Source: Pseudomonadales bacterium (GTDB lineage Bacteria; Pseudomonadota; Gammaproteobacteria; Pseudomonadales; IMCC2047). From it: a stretch of DNA of 64,000 bases. The DNA is taken from the NCBI GenBank assembly GCA_036960805.1, contig JBALXL010000002.1:75052-139051 (forward strand). Direction: 5' to 3'. Each line of letters starts with the position of its first letter. The first letter of the stretch is position 1. This document shows positions 10,458 through 19,200 of the stretch, one piece after another. The position numbers and the translations under genes are program-made. Below the pieces are notes generated by a model. That model searched no databases. It worked only from the letters and a program-made list of their open reading frames with translations, and was not told the origin of the DNA.

Positions 10458-10620
10458 TCATAATCGGCAGGCCCCAAGTTCGAGTCTGGGAGGACCCTCC
10501 ATTTCTTCTTTGCGGAAAATCCTCGAGCGCACATCAAAGCACCGCCATTCTAATCTTCCCATTTGAGCACAGCTTTCGATAAAGCCGACAGGCTGCTTTG
10601 AGCCAAAAGCGGCCATTCAG
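10458..10620 (+). repeat. Direct repeat copy 2: pseudo-tRNA 3' half (10458..10501) plus downstream repeat
   Basis: tcataatcggcaggccccaagttcgagtctgggaggaccctcca matches the anticodon-loop-to-CCA part of the tRNA at 9190 with a few mismatches and has no 5' half. It continues tttcttctttgcggaaaatcctcgagcgca...ccatttgagcacagctttcgataaagccgacaggctgctttgagcca. Confidence 0.85.
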
Positions 10621-10905
10621 TACAGGGCGAATATCAGGGCAGCGCACAGAGCCATGCATTGAACATCTCTGTATATCACGCTACCCACCGTTTATTGGCT
10701 ACCACATAATTTTTTGGCCACGGTAGAATAGGCACTGCTAGAAGCCGTATTCCTGACCTGGAACAAGTTTTGATGACCATTTTGGAGTACGATAAAAAGA
10801 TGCAAACATTGAAGGCTTGTGCCGATGAGCTTGCTTTTCGTTAATTGGTTTTATGTGGCCGCCTCTTTCAATGCCTGTAACTTTACACTCATTGGAGGTT
10901 ATGCC

Positions 10906-11355
10906 ATGAAAAGTTATTTAGCATTATCCATGACTTTTATTATCGTCATGCTGTCAGGTTGTGATGTCGGCCCCAAATCATCAATAGGCTTTAGTTTGCC
11001 CGATGGCGATGCGAAGCTTGGCAGGGCAACCTTTCAATCATTGCAATGCAATGCCTGTCATACCATCGAGGGTGTCGAGAAATTAGCGTCCGGTGACGAG
11101 TCGGGGATATCGGTCAAACTGGGTGGTGAAGTCAGCCGCATAAAAACCTACGGTGAACTGGTTACCTCAATAATTAACCCCTCTCATCGGTTTCCGAAGG
11201 GTTACCCAATTGAAGCAATTCAAAGCAACGGCGTTTCAAAAATGCGCACCTACAATGACACTATGACTGTCAGCCAACTAATTAACCTAGTCGCTTTTTT
11301 GCAATCTAAATACGACTTAGAAGAATATCCACATTCCAAGTACCCCACTATGTAG
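10906..11355 (+). CDS. Small c-type cytochrome lipoprotein
   Basis: ATG at 10906 with a GGAGG 8 nt upstream. Lipoprotein signal MKSYLALSMTFIIVMLSGC. Single haem site CNACH. The track ORF start at 10819 is probably too far upstream. Confidence 0.7.
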   Translation: MKSYLALSMTFIIVMLSGCDVGPKSSIGFSLPDGDAKLGRATFQSLQCNACHTIEGVEKLASGDESGISVKLGGEVSRIKTYGELVTSIINPSHRFPKGYPIEAIQSNGVSKMRTYNDTMTVSQLINLVAFLQSKYDLEEYPHSKYPTM

Positions 11356-11620
11356 GATGATCAATAACGATCACTTACTGAATATGACGCCTGCTGACGC
11401 TATTCTATACCTCGTCAGCAATAGTTGTAGCTTGGGAAGACAAGGGAGATCACAGGATGATCGCTTTTAACTGTGTGAACGGATAATTATATAGATTGGG
11501 TTATTAAACCTTAGGGTGTAATGCTTCACCGTAAGTTTCAAGAATGAAAGGCCATCTTTTTAGAAAGCTTCTTTTTTGCGGGGATCTTTAGAGCCAGAGG
11601 GACTCTAAAAGGCTTAGGAG

Positions 11621-11696
11621 TGGTGGGCCGTGCTGGATTCGAACCAGCGACCAATTGGTTAAAAGCCAACTGCTCTACCAACTGAGCTAACGGCCC
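11621..11696 (-). tRNA. tRNA-Lys (UUU)
   Basis: Reverse complement GGGCCGTTAGCTCAGTTGGTAGAGCAGTTGGCTTTTAACCAATTGGTCGCTGGTTCGAATCCAGCACGGCCCACCA. It forms a clean cloverleaf with anticodon loop CTTTTAA and an encoded CCA. Confidence 0.9.
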
Positions 11697-11867
11697 CCTA
11701 AAAGCGGACGCCATCATACTGCTTTATAAATAAGTATAAAAGCCTTTTTCAGAGAATCCGTACTATAATCTGCTCGACGCTCTGTGATGTTTGCCTCAAA
11801 ACTTTGATTATTCCATTTATCCGAATGGCTCTTAAGGGTCGGAAGCTGGCTTGCCTAACCTCAGCTG

Positions 11868-12056
11868 CACGTTCTCAGGAACCAGTATGCCTCCCACCTA
11901 GTGAATAACGGGCGTTCACTCTACGAAGCGCAACAGACCCTGCGGCACTCAGACCCCACCGTGACGCAGTGATACGCTCATCTATCAACCAGAGCCCTTC
12001 AGGAGGCTACAGAAAGTGCGGAGTGTGCCTGGGATACCCTGCCAAAAGCATCCTAG
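11868..12056 (+). pseudogene. 3'-terminal remnant of a tyrosine recombinase (phage-type integrase) gene, copy a
   Basis: Translation HVLRNQYASHLVNNGRSLYEAQQTLRHSDPTVTQ*YAHLSTRALQEA... matches the conserved integrase C-terminus (HxLRHTFASHL..G....Q.LLGHS....T.RYAHL). An in-frame TGA (11970-11972) replaces the Arg before the catalytic Tyr. There is no upstream catalytic core, and a stop lies just upstream. Confidence 0.75.
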
Positions 12057-12084
12057 AGGCCGCTACTCTGGACGATCTTGCTAC

Positions 12085-12135
12085 GGCCACACCTTTGGGG
12101 TGTGGCCAGGCTTTCCTTTATTATTTTTCTTTTTA
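12085..12135 (+). terminator. Stem-loop plus T-rich tract after the integrase remnant
   Basis: ggccacacc-tttgg-ggtgtggcc (9-bp stem) followed by aggctttcctttattatttttcttttt. The homologous sequence after remnant b (~20232-20283) has decayed. Confidence 0.5.
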
Positions 12136-12190
12136 GCAACTGTTTTACTTTCGCTGGAGCGACCAGCTATAACAAAAAGATAGTCATCAA

Positions 12191-12238
12191 AATTTTAGTT
12201 TTTAGGTTCTCGCCCACTTCGCCCCGACAGTGACACAG
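12191..12238 (+). repeat. Short integrase-3' fragment, copy c
   Basis: aattttagtttttaggttctcgcccacttcgccccgacagtgacacag aligns with 20060..20110 (agttttagtttttcaggtttttagcttctcggccattccgaccccacggtgacgcag). This is the LLGHSDPTVTQ-coding segment. Confidence 0.5.
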
Positions 12239-12288
12239 AGTCATTTACAGGTTTTGATAATCCGGACTTAGGAAAAGCAGCCCACAGT

Positions 12289-14580
12289 TTATTTATGGAC
12301 GTGCCAAGCCACATCAGGCTTCCACCCACTCACCCACGCAGGAATATCACCTGCAGGCATCGGCCTTGCAATGCCATATCCTTGTGCTAATTCACAGCCC
12401 AGTTGCAATAGAGCAGTGCCATGCTCAATCGTTTCCACACCTTCAGCAATCACGTCAAGTTTGAATGATTTAGCTAGGGCTATCACGCCTTCAACGATAA
12501 TCAAATCATCATCGTCACTCAACATGTCACGCACAAAACTCTGGTCTATCTTGATTAATTTTGCTGGCAAACGTCTAAGATAAGTAAGTGATGAATAACC
12601 TGTACCAAAATCATCCAGGGAAAATTGTACGCCTAATTCCATACAGGCATTCATGATTTCTGACACATGCTGCACATCATCCAAGGCACTTGTTTCCAGT
12701 ATCTCTAGCTCTAAATAGCGTGGCTCAACATTAGGGTGGGCTGCTAGCAGCGTGGCAAGCCTATCCGAAAAGTCAGACTGCTGTAATTGTATTGCTGCAA
12801 TGTTTACACTGGTGCTTATGGGTAGATTTAGTCCTGTTTCTTGCCATTGGCTTATTTGTGTCAATACGGTATCAATGACCCATTCACCCATCTCGACAAG
12901 CATGGGGTTATGCTCAATGAGCGGCAAAAACTCCATTGGATTTAATAGCCCTCGTTCTGGATGTTGCCAGCGAATTAGTGCCTCAACACCCGTCACCACA
13001 CCTGTCCGCATATTAACCTTAGGCTGATAATGAAGCACAAATTGCTGCGTATCTAATGCCCTGCGAATAGCCTTTAGGCTTTGCCTTTGCAATTTAACAG
13101 CTTCATCTTGAGCGGTATCAAACAAGTGATAACGATTCTTACCCGTTCCTTTAGCGACATACATGGCTTGATCAGCATGGCGCATGAGCTGGTCGGCATC
13201 CACACTATCTTGGGGATAGAGGGTAACGCCAATACTAGCTGATACATTTAATACCACGTCACCGACGATGACAGGTTCAGACGCTGCCAGTAACAACCTC
13301 TCTAATATCGGCTCGCAATCTTCAACTTTATCTAAATCCACTAATACAGCCACAAATTCATCACCACCAAAACGGGCTAAGGTATCGCCTTCACGTAACG
13401 CCTCTTTCATGCGGACTGAGAGTGCAATCAGCAGTTCATCACCCTCATCATGACCATAGACATCATTGACGTGTTTAAAATTATCTAAATCTAAAAATAC
13501 GACAGCGAGTGATTGCTCGTGACGGTGGCACTGCAACATGGATTGAGATAATCGGTCAGCAAGTAATGAACGGTTGGGTAAATTAGTAAGTATGTCGTAA
13601 TTGGCAATACGCTCTAGTTCCTCTTGATATTCTTTCATCGGGGTGATGTCGTTACCTAAGGCGACATAATGGGTAGTGATACCGTGTTCATTACTTACTG
13701 CACTGATAGTTTTCATTTCAGCATACACTTCGCCATTTTTACGACGATTCCATACTTCGCCAGACCAATAGCCTTCTTCCTTTAGTGCTTGCCACATGCC
13801 GACATAAAAATCGGATGCTTGTCTACCCGATTGAAGGAAACGTGAATTCTGACCAATAGCCTCTTCACGACTAAAACCCGTTATACGAGTGAAGGTGTCG
13901 TTAATATCGATAATGGTCGCTGTATCATCGGTGATAGTGATGCCTTCACGGGCATGAGTGAATACACTGGCAGCGAGTTTGAGTTTTTCTTCTGATTTCT
14001 TGAAGTCGGTAATGTCTGTATGTGTGCCCACCATACGTAGTGGCTTGTTATGACCATCGCGGCTTACTGCCATGCCACGCCCAAGTATCCATTTGTAACT
14101 ATCATCCTTACATCGCAGCCTATAGGTGGCTACATATATTGGCAGGCTTCCTTCCAGATAGGCTTGCATGGTTCCACTGACAACCTCCTTGTCTTCAGGG
14201 TGAATACGGTCAACCCATTCCTGATTGATAGGAGTGATTTCATCTTCAGCATAGCCAAGCATCTCTTTCCAGCGTTTGGAATAGATGGCTTTGTCGGTTT
14301 GTATATCCCAGTCCCAAACACCGTCACCTGAACCCTCGATAGCAAATGCCCAGATTTTTTCACTTTTACTTATTCTCTTCAGCTGGCGCTGAACAAGAAA
14401 AAAGAGGAGAACACCAGTAGTAAGGATATAAAACCAACCCTTTATTGTTTGTAGCTGGCTTATTTCCTCTTCACTATTAAAGAAGTATGTAAGAGCGTTA
14501 TCAGAAGCCAGTATCCATATAGCACCTACACATATGTAGATTAATGATATTTTTGCAGAGGATTTCCATGAACTATTCAT
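12289..14580 (-). CDS. Membrane-anchored PAS-PAS-GGDEF-EAL c-di-GMP signalling protein (paralog A)
   Basis: 763 aa. Two N-terminal TM helices and two PAS modules. GGDEF domain (YDILTNLPNR, RFGGDEFVAV) and EAL domain (EALIRWQHP, DDFGTGYSSL, QGYGIARP). The C-terminal ~570 aa are a paralog of 16213..19821. Confidence 0.9.
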   Translation of the reverse strand: MNSSWKSSAKISLIYICVGAIWILASDNALTYFFNSEEEISQLQTIKGWFYILTTGVLLFFLVQRQLKRISKSEKIWAFAIEGSGDGVWDWDIQTDKAIYSKRWKEMLGYAEDEITPINQEWVDRIHPEDKEVVSGTMQAYLEGSLPIYVATYRLRCKDDSYKWILGRGMAVSRDGHNKPLRMVGTHTDITDFKKSEEKLKLAASVFTHAREGITITDDTATIIDINDTFTRITGFSREEAIGQNSRFLQSGRQASDFYVGMWQALKEEGYWSGEVWNRRKNGEVYAEMKTISAVSNEHGITTHYVALGNDITPMKEYQEELERIANYDILTNLPNRSLLADRLSQSMLQCHRHEQSLAVVFLDLDNFKHVNDVYGHDEGDELLIALSVRMKEALREGDTLARFGGDEFVAVLVDLDKVEDCEPILERLLLAASEPVIVGDVVLNVSASIGVTLYPQDSVDADQLMRHADQAMYVAKGTGKNRYHLFDTAQDEAVKLQRQSLKAIRRALDTQQFVLHYQPKVNMRTGVVTGVEALIRWQHPERGLLNPMEFLPLIEHNPMLVEMGEWVIDTVLTQISQWQETGLNLPISTSVNIAAIQLQQSDFSDRLATLLAAHPNVEPRYLELEILETSALDDVQHVSEIMNACMELGVQFSLDDFGTGYSSLTYLRRLPAKLIKIDQSFVRDMLSDDDDLIIVEGVIALAKSFKLDVIAEGVETIEHGTALLQLGCELAQGYGIARPMPAGDIPAWVSGWKPDVAWHVHK

Positions 14581-14838
14581 ATACTAAACTTTAAACCGCT
14601 AATCTCAGTCTGAGAATTAAATTTACTTAAACACATGCTTCACATGCGCCCTATCTTTCTATTTCGCCAAATTATGATTTAAACAAAAAACCACCGCGCC
14701 GACCACAAAAAAACCTCAACATAGCACTGTTCTGGCCAACAATTCCGGACACTTTAATTAGCTAATTGCTCATACTGAATCGGCGACAAATTATCATTGA
14801 ATGAGTGAGGTTAATCCAGGTTGTAATATTTCATATAG

Positions 14839-15003
14839 GCAGCCGTGGAACCAGGCGTAGTATACATAACAGCCGGTTCTGCACGCGCCCCCATTGTACA
14901 AAATACGGTGGAATCAGTACTTCCTAACACGCCTGTCGTAGGTGGGAATTATTTAAGCTCTGTGTCGTATGCCTGGCCAGATGGGCGAACTTATGTTTTA
15001 GGT
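14839..15003 (+). pseudogene. 3' remnant (~55 codons) of a second YegD-like Hsp70 gene
   Basis: Reads AAVEPGVVYITAGSARAPIVQNTVESVLPNTPVVGGNYLSSVSY..., versus GAVKPDVVYITGGSARSPFVQNTVKSVLPNTPIVGGDYLSSVTY... at 22449..22616. A 1-nt deletion shifts the frame near the end, and nothing homologous lies upstream of 14839. Homology continues ~115 bp past the stop (to ~15120, versus ~22730). Confidence 0.8.
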
Positions 15004-15164
15004 GAGAGTAACTATCGAACTTAATTGGGCGCTAATGATTTGCTTTGTCCCACGCAGGTTCGATTTTTGTTCGGCGTTCTGCATACCCCTTCCCATGTAA
15101 CGCATAATCGAATGAGCAGCTGAAACGTGCTTCCGAACCCAAGAAGTTCGGTTGGCTTCTGCCC

Positions 15165-15240
15165 CACTCCAATCAGCCCCATTTGAACACAGCTTTCGAT
15201 AAAGCCCACAGGCTGCTTTGTGCCAAAAACAGCCATTCAG
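15165..15240 (+). repeat. Repeat core, copy 3
   Basis: cactccaatcagccccatttgaacacagctttcgataaagcccacaggctgctttgtgccaaaaacagccattcag. It is near-identical to 9311..9371 and shares the gccattcag ending with copy 2. Confidence 0.85.
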
Positions 15241-15271
15241 GAGTTAGAACAACACCTTTTTCCTGAAGCGA

Positions 15272-15715
15272 CTAGTCTACGCGCACACCGTGATTTGCAA
15301 GCCATCGCTGATCCAGAACCCAGCGTACAGCGCTAACATCCTCTTGGCTTTTCACTAATTTACCCGCATATGACTGCACCCGGGCCAGCTCTTCTTGTGC
15401 CGCCATCATTTCATCGGACACTGCACTGCGTTTCTGCAACGCCGGATACATAACACGAAGCGACTGAACGGCCGACAACTTTGCAGAACGAGGACTGCTC
15501 ACTTGTGCCACGCCATTTTCCAGGGATACTACGCGAAATGGGTAAGGGTAGGCTGTCAGTTCGGCGTCAGCTTCAAGCAGCTCATTTACCTCGCTCACCC
15601 GAAAGTCCAAACTGCTCAGCCACAAGACAAAGCCAACTAGTACCAGTCCCACCAAAATATAGAGATAGTTTCGGGTGAAACCATCCAACCCAGCGCTTTC
15701 CTGCTTTTCATCCAT
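15272..15715 (-). CDS. Hypothetical single-pass membrane protein
   Basis: 147 aa. One TM helix (YLYILVGLVLVGFVLWLSSL), then a soluble domain I could not recognise. Codon usage looks normal by eye. No family identified. Confidence 0.55.
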   Translation of the reverse strand: MDEKQESAGLDGFTRNYLYILVGLVLVGFVLWLSSLDFRVSEVNELLEADAELTAYPYPFRVVSLENGVAQVSSPRSAKLSAVQSLRVMYPALQKRSAVSDEMMAAQEELARVQSYAGKLVKSQEDVSAVRWVLDQRWLANHGVRVD

Positions 15716-16031
15716 GATAAATCCCCTGTAATTGAAGTAGTGGCGTTAAGGCTTGAGATGAACATAGGCTTCGACCAGATTAACCTCCACGCACTCTAGT
15801 AACGTCACATTAGCCTGTCTTAACCCTGTTGCAATTGATAGCTGCACTATTAGCTAGAATACTCATTCGTGCTGCTCCTACTAGATTTCCTTTTCTTTGT
15901 GGCGTCGGAAAGCAGGTGACTGAACTCACCATCTCAACGCCATTGCCCTCTTAAAAGTAGCTCTCCCCTCACAACCACAAGATAACGGTTAGCCGTTGTA
16001 GCACTTGTTTTCTCATACTTTTGACGAGTTA

Positions 16032-16057
16032 TCGATTGAAGTATTCACTTCAATCGA
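16032..16057. promoter_or_regulatory. Perfect 11-bp inverted repeat in the divergent intergenic region
   Basis: tcgattgaagt-attc-acttcaatcga lies ~155 bp upstream of the 16213 start, within a 497-bp AT-rich spacer. It could be an operator or a structural element. Confidence 0.35.
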
Positions 16058-16212
16058 AGTGATATTAGCTGAATTTCTGCTATTACTAATAAGGTCACTT
16101 ATATAATTATGCTCGGCTCCACCTATGGTGAAGAGATGTGTGGCTTTAAGGTTGAAATAAAAAAAGTATTTCCCCTTAACCAAAAAAATTTGGTTCTTTG
16201 TATTAAGCATGG

Positions 16213-19200
16213 ATGCATCTGATGGAAGCCGGCTCTCGAAAAGTACTCTTTTTTTCTATATCAGTAACGTTGCTCATCATGGCTGTCGTTTACTACTCAT
16301 TCCTCACCGGACGCGATATAGCAGAACGCCACTCTCCTTTAGTTGATGCAGCTATGGCGATTAAGCTTGAAGCGACCACAGCACATTTATGGTTTGAAGA
16401 GGTTGTTAGTGGTGACCGAACTGTTGATATCGAGGTGATATGGGCTCATCTTGACCAATCAGAATGGTATGCACATGCAATGCTTGATGGAGGCAAGAAT
16501 GAGAAAGGCACCTTCCTAGCCCTAAACGACCCCAATTTACGACTCCAAGTTGAAGAAACAATAACCGGTCTTCATAACTTCCGCCAAATTGCTCAACAAC
16601 GGTGGAATGCACAATCAACATCAGGTGCTGGCTCTGATCTCGACCAACAATTTGATCTCGCCTTTTTACAATTCAATCTTTCTGCTGATAATGTTGAGAA
16701 CGCCTTACACAAGGCAATAGCAGAAGACTTACAAGCGTTTAAATTTACACAACGATTATTAATCATCCTTATTTTTATATTGGGGATCGTCATAGGTGGC
16801 TTATTACTACGCTACAACACTAGGCAAATCAAAAATATAGACGCACTAAAATTGAGCGAAGAAAATGTTCGCCAATCTCAAAATCTACTTCTGAATATAA
16901 TTAATGGAGCGAAGCTGGGTTATTGGGACTGGCATTATCAAACTGGTGTGCATATTGTTAATGATGAATGGTTGTCAATGCTTGGTCTATCACGACAAGA
17001 TATTACAAATCATACTCGTGACTGGGAGGACCGTATTCATCCGGCTGACGAAGAGTTTGTGAAAAAAAATGTTCAAACTCATATTCAGTCTGGGAAAAAT
17101 TATGTAACTGAATTCAGGATGAAGCATGCTGACGGCAGGTGGATATGGATTCAAGGCTCTGGCTCTGTTGTTGAGTACGATGAAAGCACTCACGAACCTC
17201 TTCGGCTTTGCGGAACACATCAAGATATTACCGAGCGAAAACTCGCTGAACTACGTGAAAAATCCCGCGCTCATGTATTAGAACTCCTTACGAGTGACGA
17301 GCTATTACCTGTAATTCTAGAAGCCATTGTGCGTGGTGTTGAACAAGAAAACCCGGCTATGCTATGTAGCATTTTATTACTAGACGATGCCGGCAAACAT
17401 TTATTGAGTGGCGCAGCACCCAGCCTACCTGATTTTTATAACACGGCGATTAATGGCGTTGAGATTGGTATGGGGGTTGGCTCCTGCGGAACAGCCGCTT
17501 TTACTAATGAACGCGTCATTGTTGATGATATTCAGATCCATCCTTACTGGACGTCCTATAAAGAGCTGGCAAATAAAGCAGCATTGGGCGCCTGTTGGTC
17601 GGAACCAATACGCTCGATAGAAGGTAAAGTACTTGGCACCTTCGCCATTTATCATCACGATAAGTATCAGCCAACAGTCGCTAATCTTAGCTTAATTGAG
17701 CAGACAGCCTACTTAGCAAGTATTGCTATTGAGCAAGCTCAGAGTCATTTAGCATTAAAGAACAATGAGCTGCGGTTTCATCAATTGCTTCAGTCTATCC
17801 CTTCAGTTGCCGTACAAGGCTACGACTACGAGGGTAAGACACGCTACTGGAATAAAGCTTCCGAGAATCTATATGGATACAGTGCTGATGAAGCAATAGG
17901 CCAGAGTTTGTATGATTTGATTATCCCGCCAGCGATGCGACCCGGTGTGCGAGATGCGATGCAGCAGATGCTTGAATCTCAACATCCTATTCCCTCTGGT
18001 GAGCTCACTTTAATGACTAAGGATGGGTCATATATTAATGTATTTTCCAGCCATGCCTATGTCCATGTACCGGGACAGTCACCTGAAATGTTCTGCATCG
18101 ATGTTGATTTAACCGAGCGTAAACAATCCGAAGAAAAACTAAAGCTGGCCGCCACCGTATTCTCTCACGCCCGGGAAGGCATCATGATTACCGATGCGTC
18201 TGGCAACATTGTCGAAGTCAACGACACTTTCACCAACATCACCGGCTATTCCCGCGAAGATGTCATTGGCCAGAACCCACGCATGCTCCAATCAGGCGGG
18301 CAATCGCCTGAGTTTTATGCCGAAATGTGGGAATCTCTACTAGAAAAAGAGCACTGGAAAGGCGAAGTATGGAATCGACGTAAGAGCGGCGAAATCTGCG
18401 CTCAACTCCTCACTATCAGTACGGTGCAAGATGCTGCGGGTCAAGCGCAGAACTACGTTGCATTATTCACTGACATTACACAAATGAAAGAACATCAGGG
18501 GCAGCTAGAGCATATTGCACACTACGATGTATTAACCAATCTGCCTAACCGTGTATTGCTCTCTGACCGCTTAAGCCAAGCCATGGTGCAGTGCCAACGT
18601 CATCATCAGTCATTAGCCGTCGCATTTCTGGATTTAGATGGCTTTAAAGACGTGAATGATACCCATGGCCATAATGTGGGAGATGAGCTACTCATTACGT
18701 TGTCACGCCGCATGAAAGAGGCATTACGTGAAGGTGATACCTTAGCCCGTATTGGTGGAGATGAGTTTATCGCTGTATTGGCAGGTTTAGCTAAAGCTGA
18801 AGATTGCCAGCCTGTATTAGAGCGACTCCTTCAGGCCGCTGCCACCCCGGTTACCGTGGATAACGCTGTAATGCAAGTGTCAGCGAGTATTGGGGTAGCC
18901 ATCTACCCACAAGATAATGTAGATACAGATCAGCTCATGCGACACGCAGACCAAGCCATGTATGTGGCTAAGCAGGCAGGTAAGAACCGTTATCACTTGT
19001 TTGATACGGTACAAGATGAAGCCGTCAAAATTCAGCGCAAAAGTATAGGTGACATTCGTTCAGCTTTAGAGCGCCGAGAATTTGTGCTGCACTATCAACC
19101 CAAGGTGAATATGCACACTGGCAACGTCATTGGAGTAGAAGCCTTAATCCGTTGGCAACACCCGAATCTCGGTCTGCTGTCTCCCGCAGCCTTTTTACCC

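Noticed and set aside
12371-12583. Matching 70-75 aa ORFs (MPYPCANSQPSCNRAVPCSIVSTPSAITS...) at 12371..12583 (+) and 19518..19745 (-)
   Set aside because: Both are antisense to the EAL domains of the two paralogs. Their similarity simply reflects the inverted duplication and gene-conversion tract.
15021-15236. 71-aa minus-strand ORF spanning repeat copy 3 and the yegD-downstream block
   Set aside because: It is made entirely of two duplicated non-coding-looking blocks, and the equivalent frames in the other copies are interrupted or differently joined. I kept the conserved short frame as an observation inside the repeat finding only.
16013-16210. 65-aa ORF in the AT-rich spacer upstream of the large sensor gene
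   Set aside because: It has Asn/Ile/Phe-rich composition typical of random AT-rich sequence, no Shine-Dalgarno sequence, and it overlaps the probable promoter region.
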